A stretch of 64,000 bases of DNA from Camelus ferus (taxonomy: Eukaryota): contig NC_045697.1 in NCBI RefSeq assembly GCF_009834535.1, forward strand, positions 121,026,001 to 121,090,000, given 5' to 3'. Positions 52,715 through 64,000 of this stretch are shown in pieces; the stretch's first letter is position 1, and every line of letters begins with the position of its first letter. A model generated the notes under the pieces. That model was not told where the DNA came from. It searched no databases and saw only the letters and a program-made list of their open reading frames with translations. Made by a program: the position numbers and the translations under genes.

Positions 52715-55700
52715 CCGAGTGGGTGGGGTAGGTTTGGCATAACCCCACACGCAGCAGCCTAATGTCACAGGTGTTCCCTGGAAGGGGGAAATTCGCTAAT
52801 TACCTACCCTGTCCAGGGGGAGGCACTACAAACTACCTGCATTTCCAGCCCAACCCCCGCCTTTCCCCGGGTTCCCGCACAAGGGGACACTCGCTGAAGA
52901 CTCGCGGAGGGCTCCTGGGAGATCCCAGGTGCAGCAGACAGATTACGGAACCTCCCCACACTCAGAATTCCAGAACAAGGCCGAGTGGTTGTGGGATTTT
53001 AGGGCCGCCCTCCACGCAGCTGCCTGTTGTCACAGGTGTTCCCTGGCAGGGGGAATTCCGCTATTTACATTCCCTGTCCAGGGGGAGGCACTATATGCTA
53101 CCTGCTTTTCCAGGACAATAACCGCTTTTCCCCGGCAGCCCATACTAGGTGACACTCTGAGAATTCACGCGGAGGGCTCCTAGGAAATCCCACGCGCTGC
53201 AGAGAGAAGACCGAACTTCCCCACACTCAGAAGTCCGGAACGTGGCGGAGTTTGTGCGGGAGGTTTGGGTCTTCCATCCACGAAGCTATCTGGGGTCACA
53301 GGTGTTCCCTGGCAGGGGGAAGTCCGCTAATTACCTCCACTGTCCATGGGGATGCACTAGATTCTACCTGCGTTTCCAACCCAATGCCCGCCTTTCCCCG
53401 TTAGCCCGCACAAGGAGACACTCGGGGAAGACACGCGGAGTGTTCCCAGGACGTCCCAAGCGCTGCAGACAGAGGACGGAACCTCCCCACTCTCAGAATT
53501 CTGGAACGCGGCCGACAAGTTGGGAAAGGTTTGGGCCCGCCCTCCACGCAGCTGCCTGGTGTCACAGGTGTTCCCTGGCAGGGGGAATTCCGCTATTTAC
53601 CTTCCCTGTCCAGGGGGAGGCACTATATGCTACCTGCTTTTCCAGGACAAAACCCGCTTTTCCCCAGAAGCCCATACTAGGTGACACTCTGGGAATTCAC
53701 GCGAAGGGCTCCTAGGAAATCCCAAGCGCTGCAGAGAGAAGACCGAACTTCCCCAAACTCAGAAGTCCGGAACGCGGCGGAGTTTGTGCGGGAGGCTTGG
53801 GTCTTCTTTCCACGAAGCTATCTGGGGTCACAGGTGTTCCCTGGCAGGGGGAAGTCCGCTAATTACCTCCACTGTCCATGGGGATGCACTGGATTCTACC
53901 TGCGTTTCCAGCCCAATGCCCGCCTTTCCCCGTTAGCCGGCACAAGGAGACACTCGGGGAAGAGACGCGGAGTGTTCCCAGGACGTCCCAAGCGCTGCAG
54001 ACAGAGGACGGAACCTCCCCACTCTCAGAATTCCGGAACGCGGCCGACAAGGTGGGAAAGGTTTGGGCCCGCCCTCCACGCAGCTGCCTGGTGTCACAGG
54101 TGTTCCCTGGCAGGGGGAAGTCCACTAAATAACTCCCCTGTCCAGGGGGAGGCACTAGATGCTACCTGCATTTCCAGCCCAACCCCCGAAATTCCCCATC
54201 ACACCGCACTAGGATACACTCGAGGAAGACACGCGGAGGGATCCAAGGAGATCACAGGCGCTGCAGATAGAAGAAGGATCCTCCCCACACTCAGAATTCC
54301 AAAACGCGGCCGAGTTATTGGGGGAGGTTTGGGGCCGCCATTCACGCATCTGCCTCGTGTCACAGGTGTTCCCTGGAAGGGGGAATGTCCGCTAATTACC
54401 TCCCCTGTTCAGTGGGAGGCACTACATGCTACCTGCATTTCCAGCCCTACCCCCACCGTTCCCCGGCATCCAGCAAGAGGAGACACTCGGGGAAGACATG
54501 CGGAGTGCTCCTAGGAGATCCCAGGAGCTGAAGAGAGAGTACAGAACTTCCCCACCCTCAGAATAACGGAACGCGGACGAGTGTTTTCGGGAGGTTTGGG
54601 TCCGACCTCAACGCAGCTGCCTTTTGTCACAGGTGTTCCAAGCCAGGGGGAATTCCGTTTTACCTCTCCTGTCCAGGGGGATTCCCTAGATGCTACATGC
54701 AATTCCAGCACAACACCAGGCTTTCCCTGCATCCCACACTAGGATACATTCGGGGAATACACGTGAAGGCTCCAAGGTGATCCCAGGTGCTGCAGAGAGA
54801 ATACGGAACCTCCCCACACTCAGAATTCCGTAACGCGGCCGAGTGGGTGGGGGAGGTTTGGGGCCGCCCTCCACGCAGCTGCCTCTTGTCACAGGTGTTC
54901 CCTGGCAGGGTGAAGTACGCTAATTACCTTCCCCGTCCAGGGGGAGGCACTACATGCTACCTGGATTTCCAGCCAACCCCCGCCTTTCCCCAGCTCCCCG
55001 CACTAGGATACACTCGGGGAAGGCACGCGGAGGGCTCCTAGGTGATCCCAGGCGCTGCAGCCAGAGTACGGACCTCCCCACACTCAGAAATCCGGAACGC
55101 TGCCGAGTAGGTTGGAAAGGTTTGGTTCCGCACTCCACGCAGCTGCCTGGTGTCAAATGTGTTCCCTTGCATGGGAAATGAGCTAATTACCTCCACTATC
55201 CAGGGGGAGGCACTACATGCTAACTGCTTTTCCATCACAACCCCCAATTTTCTCCGGCAGCCCGCACTAGCAGACACTGTGGAAGACAATTGGAGGGCTC
55301 CCGAAGACGGGACCTCCCCACACTCAGAATTCCGGAATGAGTCCGAATGTGTGTGGGAGGTTTGGGGCCGCCCTTCACGCAGCTGCGTGGTGTCACATGT
55401 GTTCCTTGATGGGAAATCCGCTAATTACCTCCCCTGTCCAGAGGGAGGCACTACATGCTACCTGCATTTCCAGCCCAACCCCCAATTTTCTCAGGCAGCC
55501 CGCACTAGGAGACCCTCTGGGAAGACACGCGGAGGGCGCCTAAGTGATCCCAGTCGTTACAGAGAGAGGACGGACCTCACCACACTCAGAATTCCGGAAC
55601 GCGGCCGAGTGGGTCAGGGAGGTTTGGGGCCGAACTCCACGAACCTGCCTAGTGTCACAGGTGTTCCCTGGCAGGGGAAAGTCCGCTAATTACCTCCCCT

Positions 55701-57535
55701 GTCCTGGGGGAGGCACTAGATGCTACCTGCGTTTCCAGCCCAACCCGCGAATTTCCCCGGAAGCCCGCACAAGGAGACAATTGGGGAAGACACGCGAATG
55801 GTACCAAGGACGTCCCAGGCGCTGCAGACAGAGGACGGAACCTCCCCACACTCAGAATTCCGGAACGCGGCCGAGTGGGTGGGAAAGATTTGGGCACGCC
55901 ATCCTCCCAGCTGCCTGGTATCACAGGTGTTCCCTTGCAGGGGAATTCTGCTAATTACCTCCCCAGTCCAGGGGGAGGCACTACATGTTACCTGCTTTTC
56001 CATCACAACCCTCGAATTTCCCGGGCAGCCTGCACTAGGAGACACTCGGGGAAGTCACGCGGAGGGCTCCTAGGAGATCCCAGGCGCTGCAGACAGAGTA
56101 CGGAACCTCCCAAATCTCAGAATACCGATACACGGCCGAGTGGGTGTGGGAGGATTGGGACCACACTCCACGCAGCTCCCTGGTGTCACAGGTGTTCCCA
56201 GGAAAGGGTAAGTCCGCTGAATACCTCCCCTGTCCAGGGGGAAGCACTAGATGCTACCTGCATTTCCAGAACAACCCCCGCTTTTCCCCGGCTCCCCGAA
56301 CTAGGATACACTCGGGGAAGACACGCGGAGGGCTCCTAGGAGACCCCAGGCGCTGCAGAAAGAAGACCGAACCTCCCCACACTCAGAATTCCGGAACAAG
56401 GCCGAGTGGGTGTGGGAGGTTTGGGGACGCCCTCCACGCAGCTGCTTGTTGTCACAGGTGTTCCCTGGCAGGGGGAATTCCGCTAATTACCTCCCCAGTC
56501 CAGGAGGAGTCACTAGATGCTACCTGCATATCCAGGAATCCCCCGCATTTCAACGGCTCCCCGTAATAGGAGACACTATGGGAAGGCACGTGGATGGCTC
56601 CCAGGAGATCCCAGCGGCTGGAGACCGAAGACCAAACCTCCCCAAACTCAGAATTCCGGAATGCGGCCGAGTGGGTGGGGGAGGTTTGGGACCGAACCCC
56701 ACGAAGCTGCCTGGTGTTACATGTGTTCTCTGGCATTGGGAAGTCCGCTAATTACCTCCCCTGTCCAGGGGGAGGCGCTACATGCTACCTGCCTTTCCAG
56801 CACAACACCAGCATTTCCCCGGCACACTGCACTAGGATACACTCGGTGAAGACAGGCGGAGGGCTCCTAGGAGATCCCAGGTGCTGCAGACAGAAAACGG
56901 AACCGCTCCACACTCAAAATTCCGGAACAAGGCCGAGTGGTTAGGGGAGGTTTGGGGCGGCCCTCTACGCATCTGCCTGGTGTCACAGGTGTTCCCTGGA
57001 AGGGGGAAGTCCGCTAATTACCTCCCCTGTTCAGGGGGAGGCACTACATGCTACCTGCATTTCCAGCCCTACCCCCACCGTTCCCCGGCATCCAGCAAGA
57101 GGAGACACTCGGGGAAGACATGCGGAGTGCTCCTAGGAGATCCCAGGAGCTGAAGAGAGAGTACAGAACTTCCCCACCCTCAGAATAACGGAACGCGGAC
57201 TAGTGATTTCGGGAGGTTTGGGCCCGACCTCGACGCAGCTGCCTTTTGTCACCGGTGTTCCAATCCAGGGGGAACTCCGCATTTACCTTTCCTGTCCAGG
57301 GGGATTCCCTAGATGCTACCTGCAATTCCAGCACAACACCAGGCTTTCCCTGCATCCCACACTAGGAGACACTCGGGGAATACACGTGGAGGGCTCCTAG
57401 GTGATCCCAGGTGATGCAGAGAGAATACGGAACCTCCCCACACTTAGAATTCCGTAACGCGGCCGAGTGGGTGGGGGAGGTTTAGGGCCGCTTTCCACGC
57501 AGCTGCCTGGTGTCACAGGTGTTCCCTGGCAGGGG
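52715..57535 (+). repeat. Right copy of the ~5-kb direct segmental repeat (offset 20,833 bp)
   Basis: Same evidence as the left copy; similarity continues at lower identity to ~57840. Confidence 0.92.
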
Positions 57536-58829
57536 GAAGACCGCTAATTACCACCCCTGTCCAGGGGGTGAAACTACATGCTACCTGCTTTTCCAGCCCA
57601 ACCCCCGCATTTCCCTGTCTGCCCGCACTAGGAGACACTCGGGGAAGGCACGCGGAGGGCTCCTATGAGATCTCAGGCGCTGCAGACAGAGGACGGATCC
57701 TCCCCACTCTCAGAATTCCAGAACAAGGCCGAGTGGGAGTGGGAGGCTTGGGGCCGCCCTCCACGCAGCTGCCTCTTGTCACAGGTGTTCCCTGGCAGGG
57801 TGAAGTCCGCTAATTACCTTCCCCGTCCAGGGGGAGGCACTAGATGCTATCTGCATTTCCAGCCCGACGCCCGCCTTTCCCCGGCATCCCGCATTAGGAG
57901 ACACTCGGGGAAGACACGCGGAGGGCTCCTAGGTGATCCTAAGTGCAGCAGAAAGAGTACGGACCTCCACACACTCAGAAATCAGGAACGAGGCCGGGCG
58001 GTGTGGGAGGTTTGTGGCCGCCCTCCACGCAGCTGCCGGGTGTTACATGTGTTTCCTGTAAGGGGGAAGTACGCTAATTTCCTTCACTGTCCAGGGGGAG
58101 GCGCTACATGCTACCTTCATTTCCAGCAAATCCCACACATTTCCCCGGCAGCCCGCAATATTAGACACTCGGGGAAGACACGCGGAGTGCTCCTAGGAGA
58201 TCCCAGGCGCTGCAGACAGAGTACGGAACCTCCCAAAACTCAGAATTCCGAAACACTGCCGAGTGGGTGTGGGAGGTTTGGGACCACACTCCACGCAGCT
58301 CCCTGGTGTCACAGGTGTTCCCTGGAAAGTGTAAGTCCGCTGAATACCTCCCCTGTCCAGGGGGAGGCACTATATGCTACCTGCATTTCCAGAACAACCC
58401 CCGCTTTTCCCCGGCTCCCCGAACTAGAATACACTCGGGGAAGACACCCGGAAGGCTCCTAGGAGACCCCAGGCGCTGCAGAAAGAAGACCGAACCTCCC
58501 CACACTCAGAATTCCGGAACAAGGCCGAGTGGGTGTGGGAGGTTTGGGGACGCCCTCCACGCAGCTGCTTGTTGTCACAGGTGTTCCCTGGCAGGGGGAA
58601 TTCCGCTAATTACCTCCCCTGTCCAGGAGGAGTCTCTAGATGCTACCTGCATATCCAGTAAAACCCCCACCGTTCCCCGGCATGCAGCAAGTGGAGACAC
58701 TCGGGGAAGACATGCGGAGTGCTCCTAGGAGATCCCAGAAGCTGAAGAGAGAGTACAGAACTTTCCCACCCTCAGAATAACAGAACGCGGACGAGAGTTT
58801 TCTGGAGGTTTGGGTCCGACCTCCACGCA

Positions 58830-61800
58830 GCTGCCTTGTGTCACAAGTGTTCCAAGCCAGGGGAAATTCCGCTTTTACCTCTCCTGTCCAGGGGGATTCC
58901 CTAGATGCTACCTGCAATTCCAGCACAACAACAGGCTTTCCCTGCATCCCACACTAGGAGACACTCGGGGAATACACGTGTAGGCTCCTAGGTGATCCCA
59001 GGTGCTGCAGAGAGAATACGGAACCTCCCCACACTCAGAATTCCGTAACGCGGCCGAGTGGGTGGGGGAGTTTTGGGGCCGCCTTCCACGCAGCTGCCTG
59101 GTGTCACAGGTGTTCCCTGGCAGGGGGAAGACCGCTAATTACCAACCCTGTCCAGCGGGTGATACTGCATGCTACCTGCTTTTCCAGCCCAACCCCCGCA
59201 TTTCCCTGTCTGCCCGCACTAGGAGACACTCGGGGAAGGCACGCGGAGGGCTCCCATGAGATCTCAGGCGCTGCAGACAGAGGACGGAACCTCCCCACAC
59301 TCAGAATTCCAGAACAAGCCCGAGTGAGTTTGGGAGGTTTGGGGCCGACTTCCACGCAGCTGCCTCTTGTCACAGGTGTTCCCTGGCAGGGTGAAGTCCG
59401 CTAATTACCTTCCGCGTCCAGGGGGAGGCACTAGATGCTATCTGCATTTCCAGCCCGACGCCCGCCTTTCCCCGGCATCCCGCATTAGGAGACACTCGGT
59501 GAAGTCACGCGGAGGGCTCCTAGGTGATCCCAGGCGCTGCAGAGAGAGTACGGCACCTCCCCACACTCAGAATACCGCAACGCGGCCGAGTGGTTGGGGG
59601 AGGTTTGGGGCCGACCTCCACGCAGCTGCCTGGTGTCACAGGTTTTCCCTGGCAGGGGGAATTCCGCTAATTACCTCCCCTGTCCAGGGAGAGGCACTAC
59701 ATGCTACCTGCATTTCCAGCCCAACCCCCGCCATTCCCCTGCTCCCAGCACTAGGATACACTCGGGGAAGGCACGCGGAGGGCTCCTAGAGATCCCAGGC
59801 GCTGCAGATAGAGTACGGAACTTCCCCACACTCAGAAATCCGGAACGCGGCCGAGTGGGTGGGGTAGGTTTGGCATAACCCCACACGCAGCAGCCTGGTT
59901 TCACAGGTGTTCCCTGGAAGGGGGATATTCGCTAATTACCTACCCTGTCCAGGGGGAGGCACTACAAGCTACCTGCATTTCCAGCCCATCCCCCGACTTT
60001 CCTCGGCTTCCCGCACTAGGGGACACTCGGTGAAGACACGCGGAGGGCTCCTGGGAGATCCCAGGTGCAGCAGACAGAGTACGGAACCTCCCCACACTCA
60101 GAATTCCAGAACAAGGCCGAGTGGGTGTGGGATTTTTGGAGCCGCCCTCTACACAGCTGCATCTTGTCACAAGTGTTCCCTGGCCGGGTGAAGTCCGCTA
60201 ATTACTTTCCCTATCCAGTGGGAGGCACTACATGCTACCTGCTACTGCAGCCCAACCCCCGCCTTCCCCCGGCTCCTCTCACTAGGAGACACTCTGGGAA
60301 GACACGCGGAGGGCTCCTAGGTGATCCCAGGCGCTGCACACAGAGTACGGAACCTCCACAAATTCAGAATTCCGGAACGCGTCCGAGTGGTTGGGGGAGA
60401 TTTGGTGCCGCCCTTCACGCATTTGCTTGGAGTCTCAGGTGTTCCCTGGCAGGGGGAATTCCGCTAATTACCTTCCCTGTCCAGGGTGAGGCAATATATG
60501 CTACCTGCTTTTCCAGCCCATCCCCCGCGTTTACCCGGAAGCCCGCACAAGGAGACACTCGGGGAAGACACGCAGAGGGCTCCTAGGAGATCCCAGCGCT
60601 GCAGACAGAGTACGGACCTCCCAACACTCAGAATTCCGGAACGATGCCGAGTGAGTGGGGGAGGATTGGGTCCGCCCCCCAGGCAGCTGCCGGGTGTTAT
60701 ATGTGTTCTCTGGCAGGGGGAATTCCGCTAATTACCTCACATGTCCAGGGGGAGTCACTAGATGCTACCTGGATTTCCAGCCCAACCCCCGCATTTCCCT
60801 GTCTGCCCGCACTAGGAGACACTCGGGGAAGGCACGCGGAGGGCTCCTATGAGATCTCAGGCGCTGCAGACATAGGACGGAACCTCCCCACACTCAGAAT
60901 TCCAAAATAAGGCCGAGTGGGTGTGGGAGGTTTGGGGCCGGCTTCCACGCAGCTGCCTCTTGTCACAGGTGTTCCCTGGCAGGTTGAAGTCCGCTAATTA
61001 CCTTCCCCGTCCAGGGGGAGGCACTAGATGCTATCTGCATTTCCAGCCCGACGCCCGCCTTTCCCCGGCATCCCGCATTAGGAGACACTCGGGGAAGACA
61101 CGCGGAGGGCTCCTAGGTGATCCCAGGCACTGCAGGGTGAGTACGGCACCTCCCCACACTCAGAATACCGCAACGCGGCCGAGTGGTTGGGGGAGGTTTG
61201 GGGCCGACCTCCACGCAGCTGCCTGGTGTCACAGGTTTTCCCTGGCAGGGGGAATTCCGTTAATTACCTCCCCTGTCCAGGGAGAGGCACTACAAGCTAC
61301 CTGCATTTCCAGCCAAACCCCCGACTTCCCCGGCTTCCCGCACTAGGGGACACTCGGTGAAGACACGAGGAGTGCTCCTAGAGATCCCAGGCGCTGCAGA
61401 CAGAGTATGGAACTTCCCCACACTCAGAATTAAGGAACGCGGCCGAGTGGGTGGGGTAGGTTTGGCATTACCCAGCACGCAGCAGTCTGGTGTCACAGGT
61501 GTTCCCTGGAACGGGGAAGTTCGCTAATTACCTACCCTGTCCAGGGGTAGGCACTAAAAGCTACCTGCATTTCCAGCCCAAACCCCACCTTACCCCGGGT
61601 TCCCGCACTAGGGGAGACTCGGGGAAGACACGCTGAGGGCTCCTAGGTGATCCCAGGTGCTGCAGAGAGAATACGGAACCTCCCCAAACTCAGAATTCCG
61701 GAACGTGGCCGAGTGGGTTGGGGAGGTTTGGGACCAAACCCCACGCAGATTCATGGTGTCAAAAGTGTTCACTGGAAGGGGGAATTCCGCTAAATTCCTA

Positions 61801-64000
61801 CCCTGTCCAGGGGGAGGCACTACAAGCTACCTGCATTTCCAGCACAACCCCCACATTTCCCCGGCAGTCCGCACGAGGAGACACTCGGGGAAGACACGCG
61901 GAGGGCTCCTAGGAGATGCCAGGCGCTGCAGACCGAGTACGGAAATTCTCCACACTCAGAATTCCGGAACGCGGCCGAGTGGGTGGGGAAGGTTTGGGGC
62001 CACTCTCCACGCAGCTGACCGGTGTCACAGGTGTTCCATGGCAGGGGGATTTCCGCTTTTACCTCTACTGTTCAGGAGGTGTCCCTAGATGCTACCTGAA
62101 ATTCCAGCACAACACCAGGCATTCCCTGCAGCCCGCACTAGGAGACACTCGGGGAATACAAGCGGAGGGCTCCTAGGTGATCCCAGGCGCTGCAGACAGA
62201 GTACGGAACCTCCCCACACTCAGAATTCCGGAACGCGGCCGAGTGGGTGGGGAAGGTTTGGGGCCGCCCTCCATGCAGCTGCCTGGTGTCACAGGTGTTC
62301 CCAGGCAGGGGGAATTCAGCTAATTACCTCCCCTATCCAGGGGGAGGCACTACATGCTACCTGCTTTCCCAGCACTACATGCTACCTGCTTTTCCACCAC
62401 AACCCCCGCATTTTCCCTGTAGCCTGCACTAGGAGGAACTCGGGGAAGACACGCGGAGGGCTCCTAGGAGATCCCAGGTGCTGCAGACAGAGTACGGAAC
62501 TTCCCCAAACTCAGAATTCCGGAACGCGGCTGAGTGGGTAGGGGAGGTTTGGGCCGACTTCCACGCAGCTGCCTTGTGTCACAGGTGTTCCATGTCAGGG
62601 GGAATTTTGCTTTTACCTCTCCTGTCCAGGGGGAGTCCCTAGATGCTACCTGCAATTCCAGCCCAACACCAGGCTTTCCCTGCAGCCCGCACAAGGAGAC
62701 ATTCGGGGAATACACGTTTAGGCTCCTAGATGATCCCAGGTGCTGCAGAGAGAATACGGAACCTCCCCAAACTCAGAATTCCGTAACACGGCCGAGTGGG
62801 TGGGGGAGTTTTGGGGCCGCCTTCCACGCAGCTGCCTGGAGTCACAGGTGTTCCCTGGCAGGGGGAAGACCGCTAATTACCACCCCTGTCCAGGGGGTGA
62901 AACTACATGCTACCTGATTTTCCAGCCCAACCCCCGCATTTCCCTGTCTGCCCGCACTAGGAGACATTCGTGGAAGGCACGCGGAGGGCTCCTATGAGAT
63001 CTCAGGCGCTGCAGACATAGGACGGAACCTCCCCACACTCAGAATTCCAGAACAAGGCCGAGTGGGTGTGGGAGGTTTGGGGCCGCCCTCCACGCAGCTG
63101 CCTCTTGTCACAGGTGTTCCCTGGCAGGTTGAAGTCCGCTAATTACCTTCCCCGTCCAGGGGGAGGCACTAGATGCTATCTGCATTTCCAGCCCGACGCC
63201 CGCCTTTCCCCGGCAACCCGCATTAGGAGACACTCGGGGAAGACACGCGGAGGGCTCCTAGGTGATCCCAGGCGCTGCAGAGAGAGTACGGCACCTCCCC
63301 ACACTCAGAATCCCGGAACGCGGCCGAGTGGTTGGGGGAGGTTTGGGGCCGACCTCCACGAAGCTGCCTGGTGTCACAGGTTTTCCCTGGCAGGGGGAAT
63401 TCCGCTAATTACCTCCCCTGTCCAGGGAGAGGCACTACATGCTACCTGCATTTCCAGCCCAACCCCCGCCATTCCCCTGCTCCCAGCACTAGGATACACT
63501 CGGGGAAGGCACACGGAGGGCTCCTAGAGATCCCAGGCGCTGCAGACAGAGTACGGAACTTCCCCACACTCAGAATTCCGGAACACGGCCGAGTGGGAGT
63601 GGTAGGTTTGGCATAAATCCACACGCAGCAGCCTGGTTTCACAGGTGCTCCCTGGAAGGGGGATATTCGCTAATTACCTACCCTGTCCAGGGGGAGGCAG
63701 TACAAGCTACCTGCATTTCCAGCCCAACCCCCGACTTCCCCGGCTTCCCGCATTAGGGGACACTCGGTGAAGACACGCGGAGGGCTCCTGGGAGATCCCA
63801 GGTGCAGCAGACAGAGTAGGGAACCTCCCCACACTCAGAATTCCAGAACAAGGCCGAGTGGGTGTGGGATTTTTGGGGCCGCCCTCCACACAGCTGCATC
63901 TAGTCACAGGTGTTCCCTGGCCGGGTGAAGTCCGCGAATTACTTTCCCTGTCCAGGGGGAGGCACTACATGCTACCTGCTACTGCAGCCAAACCCCCGCC
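58830..64000 (+). repeat. More diverged HOR-like block, period 3738 bp (14 monomers + 25-bp insertion)
   Basis: ORF offsets 3738 (59002/62740, 59594/63332, 59704/63442). Shared private variants such as GGGATATTCGC, TGGCCGGGTGAAG and CTACTGCAG at ~59920-60250 and ~63660-63990. Confidence 0.85.
62347..62396 (+). repeat. 25-bp tandem duplication inside one monomer
   Basis: GCACTACATGCTACCTGCTTTCCCA followed directly by GCACTACATGCTACCTGCTTTTCCA (1 mismatch). Confidence 0.95.

Larger units (their letters stand above)
1..64000 (+). repeat. Tandem satellite DNA array, ~265-266 bp GC-rich monomer, ~240 head-to-tail copies, open at both window ends
   Basis: By-eye consensus GGTGATCCCAGGCGCTGCAGACAGAGTACGGAACCTCCCCACACTCAGAATTCCGGAACGCGGCCGAGTGGGTGGGGGAGGTTTGGGGCCGCCCTCCACGCAGCTGCCTGGTGTCACAGGTGTTCCCTGGCAGGGGGAATTCCGCTAATTACCTCCCCTGTCCAGGGGGAGGCACTACATGCTACCTGCATTTCCAGCCCAACCCCCGCCTTTCCCCGGCTCCCCGCACTAGGAGACACTCGGGGAAGACACGCGGAGGGCTCCTA recurs every ~265 bp (starts ~1, 266, 531, 797, 1063...). 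No inversion or foreign insertion seen. Confidence 0.99.

Noticed and set aside
1..64000. Hundreds of 60-350 aa ORFs with recurring motifs (SQVFPGRG, ANYLPCPGGG, WCHRCS)
   Set aside because: They are frame-shifting translations of a GC-rich repeat whose unit is usually not a multiple of 3. Stops and indels are scattered, all frames behave alike, and no domain is recognisable.
1..64000. CRISPR array or repeat-plus-variable-cassette system
   Set aside because: There are no unique spacers; variable segments are homologous point variants of one consensus, and no cas, recombinase or reverse-transcriptase gene is present.
1..64000. Recombination hotspot at the hairpin motifs
   Set aside because: Junctions map to several different conserved stretches (CACACTCAGAA, GCAGCTGCC, GTCACAGGTGTTCC, GCTAATTACCTCC..CCAGG). 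Apparent clustering is expected because junctions can only be placed in identical sequence.
1..64000. Inversions, transposon insertions or telomeric repeats
   Set aside because: None seen; every segment read aligns to the monomer in the same orientation.

Overview
The whole 64-kb window is one uninterrupted, head-to-tail, single-orientation array of a GC-rich, CpG-rich satellite with a ~265-266 bp monomer (about 240 monomers). I find no credible protein-coding gene, RNA gene, transposon or CRISPR array; the ORFs in the track are shifted translations of the same repeat. The information is in the architecture. About 20 recognisable monomer variants are arranged in a succession of local higher-order repeats (HORs) with periods of 4508 bp (17-mer), ~6103 (23-mer), ~3972 (15-mer), 2119 (8-mer), 5807 (22-mer), ~3949 (15-mer = 10+5) and 3738 (14-mer). 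A young nested expansion (38.7-52.7 kb) is bracketed by a ~5-kb direct repeat at 20,833 bp spacing. I also see in-register chimeric monomers, one apparent conversion tract, one heritable 24-bp deletion and one 25-bp duplication. The pattern resembles vertebrate (peri)centromeric satellite, but species and function cannot be established from the sequence. Periods come from offsets between matching ORFs, checked by eye; boundaries are approximate. Monomer letters are my own labels. I cannot support a novel gene-based system here.
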